From Octopus bimaculoides (lineage: Eukaryota), in assembly GCF_001194135.2 (NCBI RefSeq), contig NC_069004.1, forward strand, positions 18,069,071 through 18,102,602: 33,532 bases of DNA. The letters run 5' to 3'. The notes beneath the pieces are model-generated. The model ran no database searches. It saw nothing but the letters and a program-made list of their open reading frames with translations, and was not told where the DNA came from. This document shows, in pieces, positions 1 to 11,852 of the stretch. Made by a program: the position numbers and the translations under genes. Positions within the stretch are counted from its first letter, which is position 1, and each line of letters opens with the position of its first letter.

Positions 1-1676
<1,676 letters not shown>

Positions 1677-1677
1677 A

Positions 1678-1855
1678 GGCGCAGGAGTGGCTGTGTGGTA
1701 AGTAGTTTGTTTACCGACCCCATGGTTCTGGGTTCAGTCCCACTGCATCGCAACTTGGGCAAGTGTCTTCTACTATAGCCTCGGGCCGACCAAAGCCTTG
1801 TGAGTGGATTTGCTAGACGGAAACTAGAAGAAGCCCGTTGTATATACATACATAC

Positions 1856-1895
<40 letters not shown>

Positions 1896-2113
1896 NNNNN
1901 NNNNNTGTATGTGTGTGTTTGTATTTGTCACCCACCATCGCTTGACAACCGATGCTGGCGTGTTTACGTCCCCGTAACTTAGCGGTTCGGCAAAATAGTC
2001 CGATAGGATAAGTACTAGGCTTATAAAGAATAAGTCCTGGGATCGATTTGTTCGACTAAAGGCCGTGCTCCAGCATGGCCGCACTCAACTGACTGAAACA
2101 AGTAAAAGAATAT
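1678..2113 (+). mobile_element. tRNA-derived SINE, family 'A', near full length (head + internal microsatellite + 3' body)
   Basis: A-box TGGCTGTGTGG (1688-1698) and B-box GGTTCAGTCCC (1731-1741), then CTTGGGCAAGTGTCTT. Head is homologous to 6760, 11853 and 24190-24255(-). 3' body (CACCATCGCTTGACAACCGAT...GACTGAAACAAGTAAAAGAAT) is homologous to 12135-12275 and 23963-24190(-). Confidence 0.88.
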
Positions 2114-2931
2114 AAACATGTATGTGTGTGTGTGTGTGTGATTTCATTGGATGTTTTGTGTATGTGTGTGGGAATATGTATATGTGTGTGTTTATGCATA
2201 TGTGGGTGTGAATATAGATTTGATGTTATGTACACGTGTGTGAGTGTGTGGTGGCTGTATGTGTGTATGTGTGTGTGTGTGAATGTATATGAGTTAAGAA
2301 CTATACTCGTGTATGTAAATGTATATGTGCGTGTAACCATATTTGTGTAATCCGCGTGTGGTGTGTGTGCGTGTTCGTATGCGTGTGTATGTGTATATGA
2401 AAGTAGACTGATTGATAATGTGAATATGTCGTCATGCAATGGGTGCGTGAATGCATGTATATATGCATGTCAATATAAATATATATATATACGTGCATAT
2501 ACACACATTCACATATAAACTTTTTGATCTACATACATAAAAACACTTGTATATAATACATGCATGCTTAGTGTATGTTTAAATATACATACATACATAC
2601 ATACATACATACATACATACATACATACATACATACAAGTTGAAATATTGGCCAAGAAACAAATGTAAACAAAAATAGAAAGCGACAAATGTCCGTAATA
2701 TTATACACACCGTAAACGCGACATTCTGTTCGTGTATATAATTCCATTCTTATCAACACGCAATGATCCATTCTGGTACGTCATCCGATTAGTCTCGATA
2801 AACAAATCACAATGATTATATATACGTGCATATATATACATACATATATATACATACATGCTTACCAATTAAAATATATATATGTATATGTATTTTCATA
2901 TATATGTGTTTGTGTGTATGTACGTGTGTGT
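2114..2931. repeat. Degenerate (GT)/(TA) low-complexity DNA with (TACA)n ~2584-2637
   Basis: Seen directly. Confidence 0.85.
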
Positions 2932-3638
2932 NNNNNNNNNNNNNNNNNNNNNNNNNNNNNNNNNNNNNNNNNNNNNNNNNNNNNNNNNNNNNNNNNNNNN
3001 NNNNNNNNNNNNNNNNNNNNNNNNNNNNNNNNNNNNNNNNNNNNNNNNNNNNNNNNNNNNNNNNNNNNNNNNNNNNNNNNNNNNNNNNNNNNNNNNNNNN
3101 NNNNNNNNNNNNNNNNNNNNNNNNNNNNNNNNNNNNNNNNNNNNNNNNNNNNNNNNNNNNNNNNNNNNNNNNNNNNNNNNNNNNNNNNNNNNNNNNNNNN
3201 NNNNNNNNNNNNNNNNNNNNNNNNNNNNNNNNNNNNNNNNNNNNNNNNNNNNNNNNNNNNNNNNNNNNNNNNNNNNNNNNNNNNNNNNNNNNNNNNNNNN
3301 NNNNNNNNNNNNNNNNNNNNNNNNNNNNNNNNNNNNNNNNNNNNNNNNNNNNNNNNNNNNNNNNNNNNNNNNNNNNNNNNNNNNNNNNNNNNNNNNNNNN
3401 NNNNNNNNNNNNNNNNNNNNNNNNNNNNNNNNNNNNNNNNNNNNNNNNNNNNNNNNNNNNNNNNNNNNNNNNNNNNNNNNNNNNNNNNNNNNNNNNNNNN
3501 NNNNNNNNNNNNNNNNNNNNNNNNNNNNNNNNNNNNNNNNNNNNNNNNNNNNNNNNNNNNNNNNNNNNNNNNNNNNNNNNNNNNNNNNNNNNNNNNNNNN
3601 NNNNNNNNNNNNNNNNNNNNNNNNNNNNNNNNNNNNNN

Positions 3639-3830
3639 CGACGACGACGACGACGGCGATTACGACGACAGCGACAACAACGTTGCTGCTGCTGCTGCTG
3701 ATGATGATGATGATGATAATGACGACGATGATGATGATGATGATGATGATGATGAAGATGATGATAGTTACGATGACTGTTGATGATCAGCAGTGACAAC
3801 GGTGGCAGTGGTGATGGTGTTGGTGATAAC
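3639..3830. repeat. Compound trinucleotide repeat (GAC/GAT/GCT/GGT)
   Basis: Seen directly; begins at a gap edge. Confidence 0.9.
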
Positions 3831-3972
3831 GTGTCCGTGGCGTGGCATTTAGTAAAGAGGTAAGCGGTAAATGGGATGTTTTGCTATACATATAAATATA
3901 TATATATATATTATATATACATTATATATATGTGTGTATGTGTGTAAGTGTGCGTGTGTGCGTGGGTGTGTA

Positions 3973-4033
<61 letters not shown>

Positions 4034-5780
4034 ATATGTATATGTACGAATACAGATAATTAGTTTCTTAGCTAGATCCAATATAATAGACTGTTTTGTT
4101 TTTTTGTCTTTTTTGCCCGTGCCGCTGTTGTTGTTGTTGTTGTTATTATTACTGCCACCATCGTCGTCGCCACCAATAGTTGTTGCTGTTGTTGTTGGTG
4201 GTGCTGTTTGTCTCCTACTTTCAAGCTATCGTGTTTATAACCCACGAATCACATTCATAATTGCTCGTTCGAACTGGCCGAAGTATACGCAGGTGCTTGC
4301 ATAATTACAAATTCAGCATTTAACACCAGCGAATATATGTTTACACGCATCTTCCGCTCCTGTCGCAATCATATCACATATATACACACATACAAGTATA
4401 TATATATATATATATATATATGAGCGTGTCTATGTATTTATATAGAAGCACGCATATGTCATATATTCTTCAAGACTATAGATTTATATGTATATGTATA
4501 TAATATATATATATTTATGTATCGGTGTTTATACATGCATGTGTTTTTTTTTTATATATGTGTGTATATGCATGTGTATATGTGTGTATGTGTGTATGTG
4601 TGTAGGTGTGTGTATATATATTTAGATGGATTTATACAAACCAGCCGGTCTGTAGCACGTATATCCATCCATCCTTCCTTCTCCTCGTCATCATGAAAAT
4701 GATTGCATGCGAGGAAGGGAGTGAGTGAGACAGTGAGAGAGAGAGAGAGAGAGAGAGTAGGAGACAGAGGAAAGAATATGAGCAGGGCAAGAGGTGAAGT
4801 GAGAGGTAAGGAAGAGAGAAGCAGGGCGATAGTGGGAGGGTTCACACACAAGCTTCTGCGAGTGAATGAATGTGAGGCTTGAGTGCGTGTTTGCGACGAG
4901 AGCAAGTGTTTGTGTCGGCGAACGAACGATTGTGTGTTGCAGTGTTTTTATCCCATTTTGTTATACTATATTATACTATATTGTGATTTACTGTATTACG
5001 TTATGTTATATACATATATATGTNNNNNNNNNNNNNNNNNNNNNNNNNNNNNNNNNNNNNNNNNNNNNNNNNNNNNNNNNNNNNNNNNNNNNNNNNNNNN
5101 NNNNNNNNNNNNNNNNNNNNNNNNNNNNNNNNNNNNNNNNNNNNNNNNNNNNNNNNNNNNNNNNNNNNNNNNNNNNNNNNNNNNNNNNNNNNNNNNNNNN
5201 NNNNNNNNNNNNNNNNNNNNNNNNNNNNNNNNNNNNNNNNNNNNNNNNNNNNNNNNNNNNNNNNNNNNNNNNNNNNNNNNNNNNNNNNNNNNNNNNNNNN
5301 NNNNNNNNNNNNNNNNNNNNNNNNNNNNNNNNNNNNNNNNNNNNNNNNNNNNNNNNNNNNNNNNNNNNNNNNNNNNNNNNNNNNNNNNNNNNNNNNNNNN
5401 NNNNNNNNNNNNNNNNNNNNNNNNNNNNNNNNNNNNNNNNNNNNNNNNNNNNNNNNNNNNNNNNNNNNNNNNNNNNNNNNNNNNNNNNNNNNNNNNNNNN
5501 NNNNNNNNNNNNNNNNNNNNNNNNNNNNNNNNNNNNNNNNNNNNNNNNNNNNNNNNNNNNNNNNNNNNNNNNNNNNNNNNNNNNNNNNNNNNNNNNNNNN
5601 NNNNNNNNNNNNNNNNNNNNNNNNNNNNNNNNNNNNNNNNNNNNNNNNNNNNNNNNNNNNNNNNNNNNNNNNNNNNNNNNNNTATATATATATATGTATA
5701 TAAATATACATATCCATACCTATCTATATATGTGTGTATGCGCGCGCGCGTGTGTGTATACATTCTTTGCTTTATGTTCT

Positions 5781-5845
5781 TCTCTTCCCGTATTTCAGTC
5801 ATTGGACTGCAGCCATGCTGGGGCACTCCCTTCAAGGCCTTTAGT
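5781..5845 (-). mobile_element. SINE 3' tail fragment (family A-related)
   Basis: TTTCAGTCATTGGACTGCAGCCATGCTGGGGCAC is the reverse complement of the tail at 2068-2105. Confidence 0.7.
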
Positions 5846-5930
5846 AAAACACGAGTATATAAAATATACGTATTGTTTTGTTCTTTTATTCTTTTAAAGT
5901 TTTTCATTTTTTATTCTTGAATTCTGTTAA

Positions 5931-6057
5931 TTGTTTCAGTTAACCGTGAGTGGCCATGCTGGAGTATCGGTTTCACGAGACCATTTCCCCGCTGGTTGTC
6001 ATGATGCCGAACCACAAACTTACGGGACCGCTAACAAACCAACACCGGTGAAAGGCA
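5931..6057 (-). mobile_element. Diverged SINE 3' body fragment (family A-related variant)
   Basis: TTGTTTCAGT..GGCCATGCTGGAG and GCCGAACC..TTACGGG match the family A 3' body in reverse. A 40-mer is shared with 7551-7590. Confidence 0.6.
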
Positions 6058-6064
6058 TGCACGT

Positions 6065-6239
6065 GTGTTTATGTATGTGCATATAAATATGTGTGTGTGT
6101 ATGTGCGTGTGTGTATATATGTGTGTGTGTATGTGTATATATATATGTGTGTGCGTGTATATATGTGTGTGTGTGTGTGTGTGTTTATATATATATGTGT
6201 GTATATATGTATATATATATATATATATATACATATATA

Positions 6240-6304
<65 letters not shown>
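6065..6304. repeat. (GT)/(TA) microsatellite, pure (GT)n 6243-6304
   Basis: Seen directly. Confidence 0.95.
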
Positions 6305-6306
<2 letters not shown>

Positions 6307-6697
6307 TGCTACATCCGAAGTAGAAAACGGCACGGTCAAGTTACGCGAACGTTTTACACTTACGTGTATGAGTAAAAGTTTGAGTGACGGTTAAGGGAAA
6401 AGAGAGAGTAAGTGACTGAGTGAATGAGTGAGAGTGAGAGAGAGAGAAGTTTTAGAGAGTGATTGAGTGTAGGAATGAGAGGGTGAAAGAGTTAAAGAGC
6501 TAAACTGTCAGTCAGTCAGTCAGGCAACTAAATTGAACCAACCGTATTTACTGGCAAGCCAGACCAAGTAGCTAATTAGACTGATAAGAGGTGGGGGGAG
6601 AGAGATATAGAGGTAGAGCGAGTGAGAGAGAGAGGGGAGGAGAGAAAGAAAGAGGGAGAGTAAAAAAGAGAGCGGAATAGAGATTGGAAAACCAAAT

Positions 6698-6729
<32 letters not shown>

Positions 6730-6759
6730 ACACAGCGGCACTCACGCACACATATAATA

Positions 6760-6920
6760 TGGCTGTGTGGTAAGAAGCTTGCTTCTCAACCCCATGGTTT
6801 CGGGTTCAGTCCCACTGGGTGGCACCTTGGGCAAGTATCTTCTACTATAGCCCCGGGCCGATGAAAGCTTTGTGAGTAGATTTGGTAGACGGAAACTGAA
6901 AGAAGCCCGTCGTATATATA
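6760..6920 (+). mobile_element. SINE family A, 5' head only, followed by (GATA)n
   Basis: TGGCTGTGTGGTAAG A-box, GGGTTCAGTCCC B-box and ...GGAAACTGAAAGAAGCCCGTCG align to 1688-1840. No 3' body follows. Confidence 0.88.
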
Positions 6921-7020
6921 CAGATAGATAGATAGATAGATAGATAGATATGAGCGAATGGACAAGCATAAGTAAGTGGCACTCATCACATTTATAATGA
7001 GTCACATATATAATTCAATC

Positions 7021-7150
7021 CTTTCTGGGAAAGGTGTAAGACCTGAAATTTGGTGGGTGAGCTCTAATCGATTGCATGTCTAATCGATTACTGGGGTCGA
7101 TATACTCCCCTCAGAAACTGCTGGTCCTCAGCCAAAACTTGAATCCATTC
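7021..7150. mobile_element. Degraded SINE 3'-end remnants, possibly two in opposite orientation
   Basis: ACTGGGGTCGAT motif resembles the CCTGGG(G/A)TCGAT motif in other SINE bodies here. Family assignment is from recall only. Confidence 0.35.
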
Positions 7151-7193
7151 TTACCTGCACACGGTCCGTTGTCTTTTCCATCCGGAATAATTA

Positions 7194-7412
7194 CGAAGAA
7201 AGCACTGAAAAGTTTCTGACTTTGAGTAAAAGAGACTACAGAAGCCTCAGTTGATTATGATTTTATTCAACATATTTCCATTCTCAGATTCATACACCTA
7301 TTGTAGCGGTCTTTCAGTTTTTCTAAGCCCTTTGAGAGAACTCGGAAGGTTGGGCCTCCAATCAGGTTTTCCGTGAAACCCTTAAAGCCAGGGAATTTTC
7401 AGCACACTCTCG
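7194..7412 (-). mobile_element. Mariner-derived MITE (~219 bp) with imperfect ~30-bp TIRs and TA target duplication
   Basis: Left TA|CGAAGAAAGCACTGAAAAGTTTCTGACTTT versus the reverse complement of the right end TA|CGAGAGTGTGCTGAAAATTCCCTGGCTTT. The minus strand (7263-~7350) encodes KGLEKLKDRYNRCMNLR-(frameshift)-EYVE*, resembling the Himar1/irritans transposase C-terminus (…GIKKLEGRYNRCIALEGNYVE*). Confidence 0.8.
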
Positions 7413-7451
7413 TATTAACTCTGTTCCATTAAAATACAGGTATATACTTTT

Positions 7452-7590
7452 TTACTCTTTTACTTGTTTCAGTCCTTTGACTGCGGCCATGTTGGAGCAC
7501 TGCCTTTAGTTGAGCAAATCCACCCAAGACTTATTCCTTGTAAGCCTAGTACTTACGGGACCGCTAACAAACCAATGCCGGTGAAAGGCA
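7452..7590 (-). mobile_element. SINE family A 3' tail fused to the variant 40-mer
   Basis: CTTTTACTTGTTTCAGTC…GCCTAGTACTTA is the reverse complement of 2010-2108. Confidence 0.8.
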
Positions 7591-7648
7591 AATGAATGCA
7601 AGAACGCATACGCACCCTCACAAATGCGCGTGTTCATAATTTAGCAAG

Positions 7649-7687
<39 letters not shown>

Positions 7688-7699
7688 TACATACATACA

Positions 7700-7970
7700 T
7701 TGAGAAATCTGCAGTTACTCTATCCAGATTACGAGTTCAGGTTTATACCTGTAATTATTGGGGCCCTGGGATATGTAACACACTGCCTAAATACCAATCT
7801 TGAGAAATTAGGCTTCTCAAAACCAGAAAGGGAAAAGCTAATTCGAAGACTACAGATCCAATCCATCGGTGGAACTGTAGAAATCTGTAAAACTTTCCAG
7901 AAGTTTATCATTTAAATGTATATGAGCATGTCTAGATATGTAACTATATGCATGAGAAGACATGCATAAA
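7700..7970 (+). mobile_element. 5'-truncated non-LTR retrotransposon 3' end, RLE-endonuclease class (R4/Dong/HERO/NeSL-like), with short 3' UTR
   Basis: Open frame LRNLQLLYPDYEFRFIPVIIGALGYVTHCLNTNLEKLGF…LQIQSIGGTVEICKTF* (stop 7913-7915) has the P-hydrophobic-hydrophobic-GALG…L..LG…Q…GT..I pattern that ends RLE ORFs. Same pattern as 25624-25898(-). Confidence 0.8.
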
Positions 7971-7984
7971 GAAAGTGGATTTGG

Positions 7985-8100
7985 ATAATCAGATCATCAG
8001 AAGTACTGGAGTCGATCCACAAATACTTTACTTCATCGACCTCGGATGAATGAACAGTGAAATTGACCCCAGAAGGATCTGAACTGAGAACGTAAGGAGC
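7985..8100 (-). mobile_element. Degraded tRNA-derived SINE (second family)
   Basis: Minus strand reads TTACGTTCTCAGTTCAGATCC (B-box-like) then …TCATCCGAGGTCGATGAAGTAAAGTA. Family from recall. Confidence 0.5.
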
Positions 8101-8125
8101 TGAAGCAAAAAAACTTCAATAACAC

Positions 8126-8272
8126 TCTAGCCGTGACCATCCCGTATTTTCTATATACTCAGGGAATACAGGACCACTTCATCCCGATGTGTCCCATTTT
8201 TTAAGACGATACGTTGTGTTTTGAGGGAGATCTGATTATTATTTCTAACAAGGCGAGTGATTACGTAGAACT
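8126..8272 (-). mobile_element. Short interspersed repeat family 'C' (CTAGAAATAGCAGCCAAAT-type), degraded
   Basis: GTGACCATCCC…TTGAGGGAGATCTGATTATTATTTCTAAC..TACGTAGA is collinear with copies at 9478-10790 and 15427-15578. Confidence 0.6.
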
Positions 8273-8337
8273 GTTCTTGTAGTAGTAGTAGTAGAGGCAA
8301 TGGTTGCGGTGATCGTGGTAGTGTATATCCAATATTC

Positions 8338-8673
8338 TTGGCACTCCGTCGGTTGCGACGACGAGGGAACAACGGAACAACCTGCTCGTGAAATTAACGT
8401 ATAAGTGGCTGAGCACACCACAGACACATGTACCTTTGACGTAGTTCTCGGGCGAGATTCAGCGTGACAAGGTTGGTCCCTTTGAAATACAGGTACAACT
8501 GAAACAGAGAGAAAGAGTACAGCAGGGTTCGCCACGACCCCACTGCCGGAGCCTCGTGGAGCTTTTAGGTGTTTTCGCTCAATAAACACTCACAATGCCC
8601 GGTCTGGGAATCGAAACTGCGACCTTACGACCGCGAGAACGCTGCCCTAACCACTGGGCCATTGCGCCTCCAC
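8338..8673 (-). mobile_element. Apparently full-length tRNA(Arg)-like SINE (~335 bp)
   Basis: Minus strand starts GTGGAGGCGCAATGGCCCAGTGGTTAGGGC (A-box, with D-arm GCCC/GGGC). TCG sits at the anticodon position (8634-8636) and the B-box is GTTTCGATTCCC (8606-8617). Anticodon, T and acceptor stems do not pair, and a ~260-nt non-tRNA body follows. Arg-derived SINEs are known from octopus (OR-type), but identity is not verified. Confidence 0.82.
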
Positions 8674-8689
8674 TAGTAGATGATTATTG

Positions 8690-9230
8690 TATTAGTTGTA
8701 GTATTAGAATGGTGGTAGTGGTAGTTGTAGTAGTAGTAGTAGTAGTAGTAGTAGCAGCAGCAGCAGCAATGATAGTGGTGATGGTGGTGGCGGCGCCGGC
8801 GGTCCTGGTTGTAGTAGCATGTGTAGTTGGGATGGTTGTGGTTAAGGTTGTGGTGATCATTGTGGTCGTTGTAGTAGCAATGACGCTGGTTGAGGGGGGG
8901 GGGGTGCTAGCGGTGCTGGTGGTGGTCCTCGTTGTCGTCGTCGTCGTCGNNNNNNNNNNNNNNNNNNNNNNNNNNNNNNNNNNNNNNNNNNNNNNNNNNN
9001 NNNNNNNNNNNNNNNNNNNNNNNNNNNNNNNNNNNNNNNNNNNNNNNNNNNNNNNNNNNNNNNNNNNNNNNNNNNNNNNNNNNNNNNNNNNNNNNNNNNN
9101 NNNTCGTAATGGCGGTGTCGGCGGCGGCGGTGCTGGTACTGGTTTTAGTGATGGTGGTGGTGGCGGTGGCGGTGGAGGCGGCGACGGTAGTGGTGGCGGT
9201 GACGATGTTTATTTTTTTCTGTTTTTTGTT
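8690..9230. repeat. Compound (GTA/GCA/GGT/GTC)n trinucleotide repeats spanning a gap
   Basis: Seen directly. Confidence 0.9.
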
Positions 9231-9477
9231 TTTTTCTTCTGCGGCTTTGTTGCATATAACGATGAAAATAAGAATTATAACAACAGTAATTACAGCTCTT
9301 GAAAACACGCACGCACACACATACACACACACTAACACACACACGCACACACACATACATACATACACACACGCACACACACACTCGACCGTAATTCTCC
9401 TTATCACAGGAATCCATAGATGTGTCCACACGTTTCCTGTTTACGACTGCTGCCGAGGCCCCCGCTGCTGTTTCTTT

Positions 9478-10153
9478 CCAGTTTAGCCAGTGACTGAATA
9501 AGCGGCGAAGCCTATAATCAAAAGTTTTCCATCCGTGACCATCCTGTCGGGAGTTTTTATTTGAGAAATATATATAAAACCGGTTTAAAATGTCGACCCT
9601 TCGAGGGTGATTGTATGTGGTCCATCCACAGGCTAGACATAGCAGCCGAATTCTATCAAATATGATTTAACGGAAAAGACGAGAGGGCCATACTTGGAAA
9701 GTCTTTGATCATGATACAATCCTGACCTGATACGAAACAACAAAAGCATTGACGACAAAAATCGTGAGTTAAGAGATTTGGCTGCTATTTCTAGAAGACC
9801 TTGCGACCACGTAGAGTCTTCTCATTGTTTGTGATATTTGTTGTCATTGCTACAGGTGATGTTGTGGCTGTAATTGATTAACACCGGGTCAACCCAGTTA
9901 GAGTAAAATCTCTGATCCATAGCGTTCCAATCACGACCATCAATTAGAAATATCTAAAATGATGTTATCCAATGAATGGGTTTTATTTACAGTCTCAATC
10001 CGGTGAGGGAGGAGGAGGTGGTATGTGGTCCATCTCTCAGCTAGAAATAGCAGCCAAATGCCAGTAAATATGCCTTCAGATTAAAAAAAAAGATGAGGTG
10101 GTGGTCATGGGTTGGAAAGTCTTTGTCCAAGAGTCTGTGATCGTGTGTGTGCA

Positions 10154-10190
<37 letters not shown>

Positions 10191-10192
10191 AC

Positions 10193-10225
<33 letters not shown>

Positions 10226-10419
10226 GTTTTAACACTTCCGCCGCCACCACTACCACCACCGCAACCACCCCCATCGCAACCACCGCCACCGTCACTACCA
10301 TCATCATCATCATCATCGTCTATAACGACTACAAGTCGTCGTAGTAGTAATTGTGATCGTCACAATTGTCATTAATATTACCGACTAATACTACTGCTGC
10401 TGCTACTACAACAACAACA

Positions 10420-10477
<58 letters not shown>

Positions 10478-10790
10478 ATAACTCATAGGATTGCGTCAGA
10501 CGCAATCCCGATATGGGACGAAAACAACATAAACAAGGGAGGAGGTGTGACAGAATTGGCTGCTATTTCTAGCACACCTAACGACCACATAGAAGCTTCC
10601 TATTATTTGTGATTTCTTTTATTGTCACTACAAGTGATGTGGTGGCCATAATTCATCAACACCAGTTCAACTCTGATCGCGTAAAATCGCTCTTCCCGCC
10701 CCCTTTCCCCCTTCTTACTTAAATGTAAGGTTTGTGTTGAGTGTGATTTGGCTGCTATGTCTAGCAAGTAGATCGACCAGGTAGGTGCTT
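9478..10790. repeat. Cluster of about 7 family 'C' repeat fragments forming a decayed ~400-bp tandem unit
   Basis: Plus-strand heads GTATGTGGTCCATC at 9613 and 10021. Minus-strand TTGGCTGCTAT(T/G)TCTAG at 9778, 10556 and 10748. 9781-9915 aligns to 10560-10692 including the spacer. Confidence 0.8.
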
Positions 10791-10855
10791 GCTCGACACT
10801 TGTAGGTGGAAGTTGCCAAGAGGAGCTCGTGGCATTAATGCTTCGCCAGCGCGAC

Positions 10856-10915
<60 letters not shown>

Positions 10916-10985
10916 CAGCAGTAGTAGTAGTAGTAGTAATTTGTAACATTGGTGGCAGCAATAATTACGAGGACATCGATAATGG

Positions 10986-11027
<42 letters not shown>

Positions 11028-11065
11028 CGACACGACGACGAAGATGGTAGTGGTGGTGGTGGTGG
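10856..11065. repeat. (GTA)n and (GAT)n trinucleotide arrays
   Basis: Seen directly. Confidence 0.95.
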
Positions 11066-11852
11066 ACTATCATTCTTTCTCCCTCTCATTCGCCCTCTCT
11101 CTATCCTTCTCTGTCTCCTCCTCTCTNNNNNNNNNNNNNNNNNNNNNNNNNNNNNNNNNNNNNNNNNNNNNNNNNNNNNNNNNNNNNNNNNNNNNNNNNN
11201 NNNNNNNNNNNNNNNNNNNNNNNNNNNNNNNNNNNNNNNNNNNNNNNNNNNNNNNNNNNNNNNNNNNNNNNNNNNNNNNNNNNNNNNNNNNNNNNNNNNN
11301 NNNNNNNNNNNNNNNNNNNNNNNNNNNNNNNNNNNNNNNNNNNNNNNNNNNNNNNNNNNNNNNNNNNNNNNNNNNNNNNNNNNNNNNNNNNNNNNNNNNN
11401 NNNNNNNNNNNNNNNNNNNNNNNNNNNNNNNNNNNNNNNNNNNNNNNNNNNNNNNNNNNNNNNNNNNNNNNNNNNNNNNNNNNNNNNNNNNNNNNNNNNN
11501 NNNNNNNNNNNNNNNNNNNNNNNNNNNNNNNNNNNNNNNNNNNNNNNNNNNNNNNNNNNNNNNNNNNNNNNNNNNNNNNNNNNNNNNNNNNNNNNNNNNN
11601 NNNNNNNNNNNNNNNNNNNNNNNNNNNNNNNNNNNNNNNNNNNNNNNNNNNNNNNNNNNNNNNNNNNNNNNNNNNNNNNNNNNNNNNNNNNNNNNNNNNN
11701 NNNNNNNNNNNNNNNNNNNNNNNNNNNNNNNNNNNNNNNNNNNNNNNNNNNNNNNNNNNNNNNNNNNNNNNNNNNNTATATATGCATACATATATATATG
11801 CATATACATACATATACATACATGCATATATATATATATATTTATGTATATA

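Noticed and set aside
6305-6394. Ig-like peptide ENGTVKLRERFTLTC as a possible exon
   Set aside because: Very short resemblance, weak splice signals, and embedded between microsatellites.
8598-8673. tRNA-Arg(TCG) gene
   Set aside because: Only the D-arm pairs; the anticodon, T and acceptor stems are broken, and it continues into a SINE body.
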